Shown here: positions 17,894 through 26,261 of the stretch, piece after piece
How positions within the stretch are numbered: position 1 is the first letter of the stretch
Layout: each line of letters starts with the position of its first letter
Assembly (NCBI RefSeq): GCF_003945235.1
Contig: NZ_RSDW01000001.1
Coordinates: 420,001-452,000 of the forward strand
Reading direction: 5' to 3'
DNA: 32,000 nt
Source of the DNA: Edaphobacter aggregans
GTDB taxonomy: Bacteria; Acidobacteriota; Terriglobia; Terriglobales; Acidobacteriaceae
Position numbers and translations under genes: made by a program
Notes under the pieces: generated by a model
Databases searched by the model: none
What the model was told of the DNA's origin: nothing
Seen by the model: the letters and a program-made list of their open reading frames with translations, nothing else

Positions 17894-18568
17894 ATGACCC
17901 TCAAGCTTTCTGCGTTCGCCCTCCTGGCCACACTCATCACCGCCGCAACCGCCCAAACCACCACCACCCCGAAAAAAACCACAACAACCCCCACCCACCA
18001 CACCGCCACGGCAGCGGCAAAGCCTGCCGCCCCTCCGGCAAACCCCGCTGACAACCCTCCCGGCGTCCCCAAAGTCGAAGGCACCCCCAAGCCTCTCTAC
18101 GCCCTCCGCTACATCGACACCGTCATCGGCACCGGCCCCCTCGCCGAGTCCCGTAAGTACTACACCGTCCACTACACCGGCTGGCTCACCGACGGCACCA
18201 AATTCGACTCCTCCGTCGACCGCGGCACACCCATCACCTTTCCCTACGGCGCCCGCCAGGTCATCCCCGGCTGGGACACAGGCTTCGAGGGCATGCACGT
18301 CGGCGGCAAGCGTCGTCTCTTCATCCCCTACCAACTAGCCTATGGCGAGACCGGCCGTCCGCCCGTCATCCCCGCCAAAGCCGACCTCATCTTCGACATC
18401 GAGCTCGTCGACCAGTCCGACACTCCACCTCAGCCCAAGCCCGCACCGGCGCCAACGCAGCCCGACACCAAGCCAGCCGAGCCCACCGACAAACCAGCCA
18501 GCGGAGCAGCCCCAACCTCAGCAGCACCCAGTTCCCAACCCAAAACTACGCACCCCGAGGGACTCTAG
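17894..18568 (+). CDS. Secreted FKBP-type peptidyl-prolyl cis-trans isomerase with Thr/Pro-rich low-complexity extensions
   Basis: Signal peptide [25 protein letters not shown] core: [62 protein letters not shown]...LIFDIELV. Confidence 0.9.
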   Translation: MTLKLSAFALLATLITAATAQTTTTPKKTTTTPTHHTATAAAKPAAPPANPADNPPGVPKVEGTPKPLYALRYIDTVIGTGPLAESRKYYTVHYTGWLTDGTKFDSSVDRGTPITFPYGARQVIPGWDTGFEGMHVGGKRRLFIPYQLAYGETGRPPVIPAKADLIFDIELVDQSDTPPQPKPAPAPTQPDTKPAEPTDKPASGAAPTSAAPSSQPKTTHPEGL

Positions 18569-18604
18569 TCTCATCAAAATACCGTCGTTGTCTTCGAAAA
18601 CAAT

Positions 18605-20383
18605 ATGTTCGAAAAACTTAGACCTCTCACCCCATACCTCAGGCGATATTGGAAATCACTCGCCTGGGGCGGGGTCGCGGTCGTTCTCTACAACATCATC
18701 AAGGTGCTGCTCCCAGCCGTCATCGGCCACGCAATCGATGACATGCAGCACCACCTCACCCAGACCATAGTTCTCCATCACGCCCTCCGCCTCCTGCTCA
18801 TCGCCGCACTCTCCGCAGTCTTCCTCTACATCACTCGCCAGGTCATCATCGGAGCCTCCCGCGAAATCGAGTTCGACCTCCGCAACGACCTCTTCGCAAA
18901 TCTTGAACGGCAAGCTCCCGTCTTCTACCACACCCACCGCACCGGCGACATCATGGCGCGCACCACCAACGACCTCTCCGCCGTCCGCCAACTACTCGGT
19001 CCCGCCATCATGTACAGCGCCAACACCATCGTCTTCATGGCCGCCGCGCTGCCTTTCATGTACCGCATCAGTCCGAAGCTGACCTTCTTCGCCTTCGTCC
19101 CGATGCCCGCCGCCTCCGTTCTTGTTCAGTACTTCGGCAACCGTATCCATCGCCGCTTCGAACGCATCCAGGCCATGTACTCCGACATCTCCGCCAAGGC
19201 CCAGGAGAACTTCTCAGGAGCCCGCCTTATCCGCGCCTTCGCCCAGGAAGACGCCGAGATCGCCTCCTTCGAGACCGCCAATCAGGAATACATCCGCCGC
19301 AGTCTCCATCTCGTTCGTCTCATGGCCATGCTTTGGCCCACGCTCGAGTTTGTCCTTGGACTCTCCCTCATGATCACTCTCCTCGTTGGCGGTCACGAGG
19401 TCGTCTCCCACCGGATCTCCGTGGGCCAGTTCACCGCCTTCAATGTCTATATGGTGCAGCTCACGTGGCCGCTCATCGCCGTAGGCTGGGTCGTCAACCT
19501 CTTCCAGCGTGGAACCGCCTCCATCGTCCGCATCGATGAGCTCCTTAAGGAGCAGCCCACTATCGCCGACGAACTTACCGATCAAGAGCTGCAAGACCGT
19601 AACATCCGCGTAGGCGCCAATTACTTCGACATGAAGGGAGATATCGAGTTCCGCAATCTGTCGTTCTCCTATGAAGGAGGATCAGAGGTTCTCCACAATA
19701 TCTCGCTCAAAATCCCCGCAGGCTCTTCCCTTGCTATCGTCGGACCCACCGGCTCCGGCAAATCTACCCTCGTTAGCCTGATTCCGCGCCTCATCGACGC
19801 TGCTCCTGGTATGGTGCTCATCGACGACGTTCCTGTCCGCAAGTGGTTGCTTGATCCCCTCCGCCAAAATATAGGTTTCGTCCCCCAGGAGACATTCCTC
19901 TTCTCCGAGACCATCCGCCAGAACATCGCCTTCGGTGTCCCCAAGGCAACCGCCGATCAGGTCGAGGAAGCAGCCACCATCGCTCACATCGCCACCGAGA
20001 TCCTCGAGTTCCCCAAAGGCTTCGACACCATGGTCGGCGAGCGCGGCGTAACCCTCTCCGGCGGCCAGAAGCAGCGCACCTCCATCGCCCGCGCCATCAT
20101 CCGCAACCCGCGCATTCTCATCCTCGACGACGCCCTCGCCAGCGTCGACACCTACACCGAAGAGCGCATCCTCCACGGCCTCCGCAACGTCATGGAAGGC
20201 CGCACCACCGTCTTCATCTCCCACCGCATCTCCACCGCCCGCAACGCCGACCAGATCGCCGTCCTCGTAGCCGGCCGCATCGCCGAGCTAGGCACCCACG
20301 ACGAACTCCTCGCCCGCAACGGCTACTACACCAGCCTCTTCGAAAAGCAACGCCTCGAAGAAGAGCTCGCCGTAGCCACCTGA
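18605..20383 (+). CDS. ABC exporter, fused transmembrane and ATP-binding domains (MsbA/MdlB-like)
   Basis: 592 aa with an N-terminal six-helix exporter domain. Walker A GPTGSGKST, signature LSGGQKQR, Walker B ILILDDA, H-loop FISHR. Confidence 0.9.
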   Translation: MFEKLRPLTPYLRRYWKSLAWGGVAVVLYNIIKVLLPAVIGHAIDDMQHHLTQTIVLHHALRLLLIAALSAVFLYITRQVIIGASREIEFDLRNDLFANLERQAPVFYHTHRTGDIMARTTNDLSAVRQLLGPAIMYSANTIVFMAAALPFMYRISPKLTFFAFVPMPAASVLVQYFGNRIHRRFERIQAMYSDISAKAQENFSGARLIRAFAQEDAEIASFETANQEYIRRSLHLVRLMAMLWPTLEFVLGLSLMITLLVGGHEVVSHRISVGQFTAFNVYMVQLTWPLIAVGWVVNLFQRGTASIVRIDELLKEQPTIADELTDQELQDRNIRVGANYFDMKGDIEFRNLSFSYEGGSEVLHNISLKIPAGSSLAIVGPTGSGKSTLVSLIPRLIDAAPGMVLIDDVPVRKWLLDPLRQNIGFVPQETFLFSETIRQNIAFGVPKATADQVEEAATIAHIATEILEFPKGFDTMVGERGVTLSGGQKQRTSIARAIIRNPRILILDDALASVDTYTEERILHGLRNVMEGRTTVFISHRISTARNADQIAVLVAGRIAELGTHDELLARNGYYTSLFEKQRLEEELAVAT

Positions 20384-20396
20384 CATCTTCCGCGTC

Positions 20397-20882
20397 CTAC
20401 GCCGACCAACGCGAAGCCGCCACCTCATCCGACCCACCGCACACAGAAGGAGCAGGTAACGATCCAAACCTCTCCTCCCGCGTCCGAAGCTCACGCGGCA
20501 GAACCCGCCCAGCCTCAGGATCGCGCGCAACGATGATCCACGCATCGCGAACATTTCGGATACACGAGATAACTTCCAAAAACTGCTCCGTCGATTCAAA
20601 GTGAGACGCTTCAAGCGTCAACGTAAACATCGCTGCGTAAAAGTCGCTGAGCGAAGCCGCAACACTCCCTCCAACATCTGGTCGAAGACGCGCCTGAAGA
20701 TACGTCAGAATATCGACGACCTTCTTCACAGCAATTCTCCGTCCATGCATGTCCTGAGCTTCGACACACTGCATCGCCCGATAGAGAAAACGAATCGCCC
20801 CGTCGTACAGCGCAACCACCAGTTCTACTCCGGTCGCCCCCGCCAAAACCTGCTCCTGATAACTCATCTGGCTCACGCTCAC
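20397..20882 (-). CDS. fliS: Flagellar export chaperone FliS
   Basis: MSYQEQVLAGATGVELVVALYDGAIRFL..A and the helical-bundle pattern are typical of FliS. The GTG at 20882 overlaps the fliD stop (GTGA). An alternative ATG lies at 20867. There is a ~35-aa C-terminal extension. Confidence 0.85.
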   Translation of the reverse strand: MSVSQMSYQEQVLAGATGVELVVALYDGAIRFLYRAMQCVEAQDMHGRRIAVKKVVDILTYLQARLRPDVGGSVAASLSDFYAAMFTLTLEASHFESTEQFLEVISCIRNVRDAWIIVARDPEAGRVLPRELRTREERFGSLPAPSVCGGSDEVAASRWSA

Positions 20883-22234
20883 CCCCCGTTCCCAGTGTTG
20901 TAGCCCGTAATCGCGCTATACATTTCGTTGACCTCGTTCAACTGGCTCGGGATCGACTGCAGAATCTCGTTCGCAGTATTCAGCTCATCCGTGAGTTGCG
21001 TCTTCTGCGCAGCCAGCACAGCATCCTCATTGCTGATGTCCGTGTTGAGCGCCGCTTCCTGGGCACTGTTCTGCTGCTGGGCCAGATATACAGCGCCATT
21101 CGGTGCCTGCGTGCCTAGGTTATTCAACGTTGTGGCCATCGTCTGAGCAAAGCTTCCAGAGTTCTGCAGAAAACCAGTCACATCGGAGAAGTTTGAATTC
21201 AGTGCACCATTCAACGTGTCGGCATTTAAAGTCAGTGTTCCATCATCGTTCATGCCGATGCCCAATTGAGTGATGTTGTTGATCGAACCGCTCGCCGCCC
21301 CCGCAAAAAGCGATCCCGTGAGCTGACTCTGGATCATTGCCAGTGTAGGATTTCCATACAGTGGTTCCGGATTGCCGCTCGAGTCCTTCCCCTCCTGCGT
21401 ATTGATGTCTTTGATCACCGCGTTATACGCAGTCACAAAACTATTCACGGCAGTAGCAATAGCCGTATTGTCATTCGTTATCTCCACCTGCACTTCTGTT
21501 CCTGCCGATGAACCCAGCAGTTGAAACGTAACCCCGGAGATCGCATTGCTCACTGTGTTGGACGAGCTCGTTACTGAAACTCCATCCACCGTCAGGCTGG
21601 CATCCTTTCCAGTCTGACCAACCTGAAACGCTATAGCTCCAGAAGACGCACCCGACAGCGAACTGGTGACATCCAGTTGACCAGCCGCTCCACTGGTTCC
21701 GCTGACTAGTGAAAGCCGCGATCCCGAAGAATCAGTGATCACGCTTGCTTTCACACCAATGTCGGCAGCATTAATGGCAGCAGATAGAGTCGCAAGCGTA
21801 TCGTCGCTGCTGTCGATGTCAAACTCCTGTCCTTGAATGGTGACACTACCGGAAAGCGTATCGCTCGCATTCGAGATCGCACTCGAAACCTCCGACGACG
21901 TCTGCGCCAGCGAATTAATCACGACAGTGTGACTACCCGCCACTGCAGTCGAATCCGCAGCAGTAAGACTTAGCAGATCGGTATTCGAGCTGGACCCCTG
22001 CTTCTCCGCAAAGACCCCTTGAAAGTCGGTAAGGGCCTGCAAACTTGTCGTGAGCGTCGAGAGATCCGTTCCGAGCGAAGTGAAGACCGTATCTTGAGCT
22101 TGCAGTGCGGTCAGCTGGTTCTTCCACGGAGTCTCAATCGCCTGCTCTGACGCCTGAATCTGCGTTACAGTCGACGCTACGTCAAATCCCTGTCCGCTCG
22201 TTGCCGCCCCAAAACTTAATCCAACTGTGCCCAT
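20879..22234 (-). CDS. fliD: Flagellar filament capping protein FliD (hook-associated protein 2)
   Basis: 451 aa. N-terminus: GLSFGAATSGQGFDVASTVTQIQASEQAIETPWKNQLTALQAQDTVFTSLGTDLSTL. The C-terminal coiled coil and position downstream of flagellin fit FliD. Confidence 0.9.
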   Translation of the reverse strand: MGTVGLSFGAATSGQGFDVASTVTQIQASEQAIETPWKNQLTALQAQDTVFTSLGTDLSTLTTSLQALTDFQGVFAEKQGSSSNTDLLSLTAADSTAVAGSHTVVINSLAQTSSEVSSAISNASDTLSGSVTIQGQEFDIDSSDDTLATLSAAINAADIGVKASVITDSSGSRLSLVSGTSGAAGQLDVTSSLSGASSGAIAFQVGQTGKDASLTVDGVSVTSSSNTVSNAISGVTFQLLGSSAGTEVQVEITNDNTAIATAVNSFVTAYNAVIKDINTQEGKDSSGNPEPLYGNPTLAMIQSQLTGSLFAGAASGSINNITQLGIGMNDDGTLTLNADTLNGALNSNFSDVTGFLQNSGSFAQTMATTLNNLGTQAPNGAVYLAQQQNSAQEAALNTDISNEDAVLAAQKTQLTDELNTANEILQSIPSQLNEVNEMYSAITGYNTGNGG

Positions 22235-22294
22235 ATCACCTTCCAGCTCTGTCCGCCCTGGCCCGTAGCAATAGCCGTACCACTCTGGCTCCCC

Positions 22295-22371
22295 AAAAAA
22301 TTAGAAGCGCTTAAGCCTTCTTAAAAATCGGAGGCAACGGTGACCAGGCCACATCGCCCGGCCACCGTCGC
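22295..22371 (-). terminator. Two tandem hairpin terminators between fliC and fliD
   Basis: On the minus strand, GCGACGGTG...CACCGTTGC (22334-22371) is followed by a T5 run (22323-22327). AGAAGGCTTAAGCGCTTCT is followed by AATTTTTT (22295-22321). Confidence 0.55.
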
Positions 22372-22381
22372 TTCCAAAGAA

Positions 22382-23221
22382 TTACTGCAGCAGCTTCAGA
22401 ATCTCCTGCTGCACGCTGTTCGCCTGCGCAAGAGCGCTGATACCGGTCTGGCTCAGCACCTGGTACTTCGCCAGGTCGCTGGTCGCCTGACCATAGTTGG
22501 TCGAGCGGATGGCACTCTCAGCAGATGAAAGATTGACCTCTTCCGAACTGGCAACGTTGGCAGCTGCGTTCAGCTGGTTGATGCTGGCACCGATGGCACC
22601 ACGCTGGCTCGCGATATCGGCAATCGCCGTCGTGATCTTGCCCAGCGCAGTCGTCGCGGCTGCGGCACTCGTAAGTACCTGTGCCGAGAGATCGATGCCG
22701 GTTCCGCTACCCACGTTGGCCTTCGACAGAGCGCCGGTTGTGGCGGCGACAGTCGTGGTTCCACCCGTGGTGCCGTCACTGACGACGAAGTTTGTCGCTG
22801 TCGCCGAGAAGACTGCGGTGCTGTTGAAATTCGTCGAACTGCCAATGTTGCCGATCTCAGTGAGGATGCTTTGAAACTCCGTATCTGCAGCAGTCGACTG
22901 AGCAGTCGTCAAACCGCCGTTGGCAGCTTCGGTCGCCAGCGTAACGGCGCGATCAAGCAAGTTCGTCACCTGCGAAAGAGCGCCGTCGGCGGTCTGCAGC
23001 AAGCCCACGCCATTCTGAGCATTCTGAGCCGACTGCGTCAACGCCGCTTCGTTTGCGTGAAGGCCGTCTGCAACGGACAGACCGGCCGCATCGTCCGCGC
23101 CGCTGTTGATGCGCGAACCCGAGGAAAGCTGCTGGAGAACAGACTGCAAGCTGCCCTGCGTCTGGTTGAGATTGTTCTCTGCATAAGTAGCTGCAACGTT
23201 GGTGAGAATACCCAAGGCCAT
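22382..23221 (-). CDS. fliC: Flagellin
   Basis: 279 aa. Conserved N-terminal domain (INSGADDAAGLSVADGL, GVGLLQTADGAL, LLDRAVTLATEAANG) and C-terminal domain (QRGAIGASINQL, STNYGQATSDLAKYQVLSQTGISALAQANS..Q..L.LLQ). The central variable domain is short. Confidence 0.95.
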   Translation of the reverse strand: MALGILTNVAATYAENNLNQTQGSLQSVLQQLSSGSRINSGADDAAGLSVADGLHANEAALTQSAQNAQNGVGLLQTADGALSQVTNLLDRAVTLATEAANGGLTTAQSTAADTEFQSILTEIGNIGSSTNFNSTAVFSATATNFVVSDGTTGGTTTVAATTGALSKANVGSGTGIDLSAQVLTSAAAATTALGKITTAIADIASQRGAIGASINQLNAAANVASSEEVNLSSAESAIRSTNYGQATSDLAKYQVLSQTGISALAQANSVQQEILKLLQ

Positions 23222-23355
23222 GTAGAAACGCTCCTGTAACGACTCGATTTGAGTTACCGCGCTGCCTGGCCCAGCAACTGACCCCGGTAGACCACAACGT
23301 TTACGACCTCTATGGCTTCCAGTTCATCTGGCGGAAGGCTCCGCGTTCCCACACC

Positions 23356-23382
23356 TCATCGGCCTGCTCCACCGGCACTTTA
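23356..23382 (-). promoter_or_regulatory. Sigma28 (FliA)-type promoter for fliC
   Basis: The minus strand reads TAAAGTGC CGGTGGAGCAG GCCGATGA, i.e. TAAA-N15-GCCGATGA against the consensus TAAA-N15-GCCGATAA. It lies about 135 nt upstream of the fliC ATG. Confidence 0.7.
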
Positions 23383-23480
23383 GCCGCATCCATCATTCCG
23401 TCTTTCTACAAACGCTATCCGCGAGACCTCTATTGAAGAGACCTCCGCCGCCGATGAGAGACGTGGGAGGAATTCCTCGC

Positions 23481-23759
23481 ATGATTGAACTCACACGTCT
23501 GAACGGCGGACACCTCACCGTAAACTGCGACCTCATCAAGCACGTCGAGGCCGCGCCGGACACGGTCCTCACGCTAATCACTGGCGAAAAACTTGTCGTC
23601 CTGGAACCATGCAGCGAAATCGCCGAGCGAACGCTAACCTATCGCGCGCGTGTTCTGCGAGCTGCGTGGCCTGAGGCCGCAACCTCCCTTGGAGCCAAAG
23701 CCGCACATGACGCTTCGGCCTTCCTGCGCGGAATCAAACACGAAGTTTCGGAAGACTAA
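23481..23759 (+). CDS. flbD: Flagellar protein FlbD
   Basis: MIELTRLNGGHLTVNCDLIKHVEAAPDTVLTLITGEKLVVLE matches the FlbD family pattern. I prefer the ATG at 23481 (GGGAGG at 23465-23470) over 23433. It lies immediately upstream of motA. Confidence 0.8.
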   Translation: MIELTRLNGGHLTVNCDLIKHVEAAPDTVLTLITGEKLVVLEPCSEIAERTLTYRARVLRAAWPEAATSLGAKAAHDASAFLRGIKHEVSED

Positions 23760-23788
23760 GCGAAAACTCGCTACTGGAAGGAAGTCTT

Positions 23789-24568
23789 ATGGATATAGCC
23801 AGCATCGGCGGCATCGCTCTAGCTATCATCGGCATCCTTGCCGGCATGATGATCGAAGGCGGCAGCGTCTCTCAGATCACGCAGCCAACCGCAGCCCTGA
23901 TCGTCATCGGAGGTACTGCAGGAGCCGTGCTACTGCAGTTCCCGCTCAAGACCTCGCTCGCTGCCCTGAAACAGGTGATGAAGATCTTTTTCTCCAATGG
24001 AGCCGACGGAGAAGGCACCCTTCAGCAACTGGTCAAGTTTGCCAACAAGGCGCGCAAAAGCGGCATCGTCTCTCTCGACCAGGATCTCTCAACCGTCGAA
24101 GATCCCTTTCTCAAGCAAGCCCTGATGCTCGCCATCGACGGGACCGAACCGAGCGAGGTCCGCAAGATCATGCAGATGGAGCTCGACAACAAGACCGAGA
24201 TGGAAGAGAAGATCCCGCAGGTCTTTGAAGCAGCTGGCGGATACTCGCCAACGGTCGGAATCATCGGTGCTGTCCTAGGCCTCATCCAGGTGATGCAGCA
24301 TCTCGACAACATCGACGAGGTCGGCCGCGGCATCGCCGTTGCCTTCGTTGCAACCATCTACGGCGTCGCACTGGCGAACCTCATCTGTCTGCCGGTAGCA
24401 GGCAAATTGAAGATCCGTCATCGCGAGGAGCAGATGATCAAGGAGATGATGCTCGAAGGCGTCATCTCCATCCTTGAAGGAATGAATCCGCGCATGATCG
24501 AGACCAAGCTCCGCACATTTCTCTTCGATAGCAAACCGGATGCAAAGCCAGTAGAGGCCACAACATGA
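23789..24568 (+). CDS. motA: Flagellar motor stator protein MotA
   Basis: 259 aa with four TM segments. C-terminal plug/channel region: GYSPTVGIIGAVLGLIQVM, AVAFVATIYGVALANLICLPVAGKL. Confidence 0.9.
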   Translation: MDIASIGGIALAIIGILAGMMIEGGSVSQITQPTAALIVIGGTAGAVLLQFPLKTSLAALKQVMKIFFSNGADGEGTLQQLVKFANKARKSGIVSLDQDLSTVEDPFLKQALMLAIDGTEPSEVRKIMQMELDNKTEMEEKIPQVFEAAGGYSPTVGIIGAVLGLIQVMQHLDNIDEVGRGIAVAFVATIYGVALANLICLPVAGKLKIRHREEQMIKEMMLEGVISILEGMNPRMIETKLRTFLFDSKPDAKPVEATT

Positions 24569-25320
24569 GCCGCAAGAAAAAACACGAGCACGTCAACCAC
24601 GAGCGCTGGCTCGTCTCCTACGCGGACTTCATCACCCTGCTATTCGCCTTCTTCGTCGTTCTGTTTGCCTCCAGCCAATCGGACAAGAAGAAACAGATCC
24701 AGATCTCAACGGCGATGCAAGCAGCCTTTAAGCCGCTTGGGATCTTCGAATCGCACTCAAAGACTCCCGCGCTGACCGACGTCAGCAACGCCGCAGCAAA
24801 TGTGCCGCCTGCCGCACTGACGCTGCCTCTGACTTCAGCTGGCACGGAGTCACCCGAAGAGACAGAGAAGCATCTTTCGCAGTGGCTACAAGCAAAGATC
24901 GCGGCCGGCCTGATTGCGCCAGGAAGCGTCACAATGCGCATCACAGGGGAAGGACTGGTGATCTCCTTGCACGAGGCGGGATTCTTCCCCTCGGGATCAG
25001 CCGAAGTGCGCCCCGCGTCGCTCCCAATGTTAATGAGCCTTGCTGCCACTCTGTCTTCAGGCCCACTCCGAGTCGAGGGGCACACCGACAATGTACCGAT
25101 TCACACGGCGCAGTTCGCCACGAACTGGGAGCTTTCAACGGCACGGGCAAGCGCAATCGCTCGGCTGCTGCTCGAACATGGCTCGATTGATCCTGCGTCT
25201 CTATCAGCTGCCGGTTATGCCGAGTTTCATCCAGTAGCTGACAACTCAACAGAGTTGGGACGCGCGCAGAACCGCCGCGTCGACGTCATTCTTTTGCGAC
25301 GCCCAGCACTTTCACGATGA
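24565..25320 (+). CDS. motB: Flagellar motor stator protein MotB (OmpA-like peptidoglycan-binding C-terminus)
   Basis: ATGA overlap with motA. N-terminus: [24 protein letters not shown], with the conserved Asp. C-terminal OmpA-like region: GHTDNVPI....[16 protein letters not shown]...GYAEF.P...N.....QNRRVD. Confidence 0.9.
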   Translation: MSRKKKHEHVNHERWLVSYADFITLLFAFFVVLFASSQSDKKKQIQISTAMQAAFKPLGIFESHSKTPALTDVSNAAANVPPAALTLPLTSAGTESPEETEKHLSQWLQAKIAAGLIAPGSVTMRITGEGLVISLHEAGFFPSGSAEVRPASLPMLMSLAATLSSGPLRVEGHTDNVPIHTAQFATNWELSTARASAIARLLLEHGSIDPASLSAAGYAEFHPVADNSTELGRAQNRRVDVILLRRPALSR

Positions 25321-25717
25321 CCCGCTTCCGGCGCTGACCATCGAACTCGGCGTAGAAGATGCGCTGCCACGTTCCAAGGTCGAGCCTCCCTTTGGTCACC
25401 GGCAAGGTCGTCTCGTGGTGCAGTAGCAATGCTTTGAGGTGCGCGTCAGCGTTGTCTTCGCCGGTGCGATGATGCTTGTAGTCTGGCTTGGCCGGAGCGA
25501 GTCTTTCGAGCCACGTACTGATATCTTCGATCAGACCGTCTTCATGATCGTTGACGTAGATGGCCGCGGTAATGTGCATCGGAGAGACGAAGCAGAGCCC
25601 ATCGTCTATACCGCTGCGACGCACGATCTCGTCAACCTGTGGCGTAATGTGAACCATCTCATAACGCTCTTCCGTATTGAAGGTCAGGTATTCGGTATGA
25701 GCTTTCATATTTGCCAT
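25286..25717 (-). CDS. yjbQ: YjbQ/UPF0047 family protein (secondary thiamine-phosphate synthase enzyme)
   Basis: 143 aa with [45 protein letters not shown].....[11 protein letters not shown].....LPV..G.L.LGTWQ.I...EFDG.R.R. Its 3' end overlaps the motB 3' end by 35 nt (convergent). Confidence 0.85.
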   Translation of the reverse strand: MANMKAHTEYLTFNTEERYEMVHITPQVDEIVRRSGIDDGLCFVSPMHITAAIYVNDHEDGLIEDISTWLERLAPAKPDYKHHRTGEDNADAHLKALLLHHETTLPVTKGRLDLGTWQRIFYAEFDGQRRKRVIVKVLGVAKE

Positions 25718-25827
25718 GTTCGTTGCATCCCCTTAGATCAATTTATAAATCTTGCGAGTCGCCTTTTAGATTTACACTCGAATTATTGGATCACGGTCTG
25801 CTGTGCGGATCGTCTAACGACACAACG

Positions 25828-26178
25828 ATGAGAAAGACTTTCTACAGCATCGTAGCGATTGTTTGCCTGCTTACATTGTTTGTCGGCTCGACTTGCGTGC
25901 TCGCGACCGCTCAAGGTGCCGTCTCAATAGCCGAACATCAGCAAGGTCCCTGCAGTCACTGCACAAAGCATGCGCCGACAAGGCAGGACACGAACAACTG
26001 CTGTGTCGCGCATCATCAACCCGGCTCAACGACTGCATGGACAGAGGTGGAACAACCCGCCGCTGCATCCGTAGTCGACATTCATGATCCCCTATCGCTC
26101 ACCGCACCCATCGCTCCTGCCTGGAACAGTTTTACCTCCCCTCCCCCAAACCCTCCTCGTATAACCCTTCGAATCTGA
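25828..26178 (+). CDS. Small secreted Cys/His-rich hypothetical protein
   Basis: I prefer the ATG at 25828, which begins a clear signal peptide (MRKTFYSIVAIVCLLTLFVGSTCVLATAQG). The mature part carries PCSHCTKH and NNCCVAHHQP. It sits directly upstream of the Met/His-rich gene, on the same strand. Confidence 0.55.
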   Translation: MRKTFYSIVAIVCLLTLFVGSTCVLATAQGAVSIAEHQQGPCSHCTKHAPTRQDTNNCCVAHHQPGSTTAWTEVEQPAAASVVDIHDPLSLTAPIAPAWNSFTSPPPNPPRITLRI

Positions 26179-26261
26179 TTCCCACTCCTGACTCTTCGCC
26201 ATACTGCGACGTTCGTTAGCGTCGCTCGCGAATCGATGCATCTTCAGGAGAAATACCCGCT

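Noticed and set aside
17315-18334. 339-aa minus-strand ORF spanning DUF1348, the intergenic gap and the FKBP gene
   Set aside because: It runs antisense or off-frame through two well-supported genes. It is low-complexity Gly/Arg/Val-rich and crosses a strong terminator.
23431-23457. Second sigma28-like promoter upstream of flbD-motAB (GCCGATGA at 23450-23457)
   Set aside because: The -10 element is identical to the fliC one. However, the -35 position reads TATT rather than TAAA, and the predicted start would leave almost no leader before the GGGAGG ribosome-binding site. I kept it only as a weak possibility.
23433-23480. Upstream ATG (23433) as the FlbD start, and likewise 7407 for DUF3011, 11235 for PadR, 17496 for DUF1348 and 25711 for the small Cys/His protein
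   Set aside because: In each case a downstream ATG has a proper Shine-Dalgarno sequence and/or begins the recognisable domain or signal peptide. The upstream extensions are non-conserved-looking and lack a ribosome-binding site.
25286-25320. 35-nt convergent overlap of the motB and yjbQ 3' ends as a possible antisense regulatory feature
   Set aside because: Short convergent 3' overlaps are common in compact genomes. Nothing in the sequence, such as a hairpin or repeat, suggests a specific mechanism.
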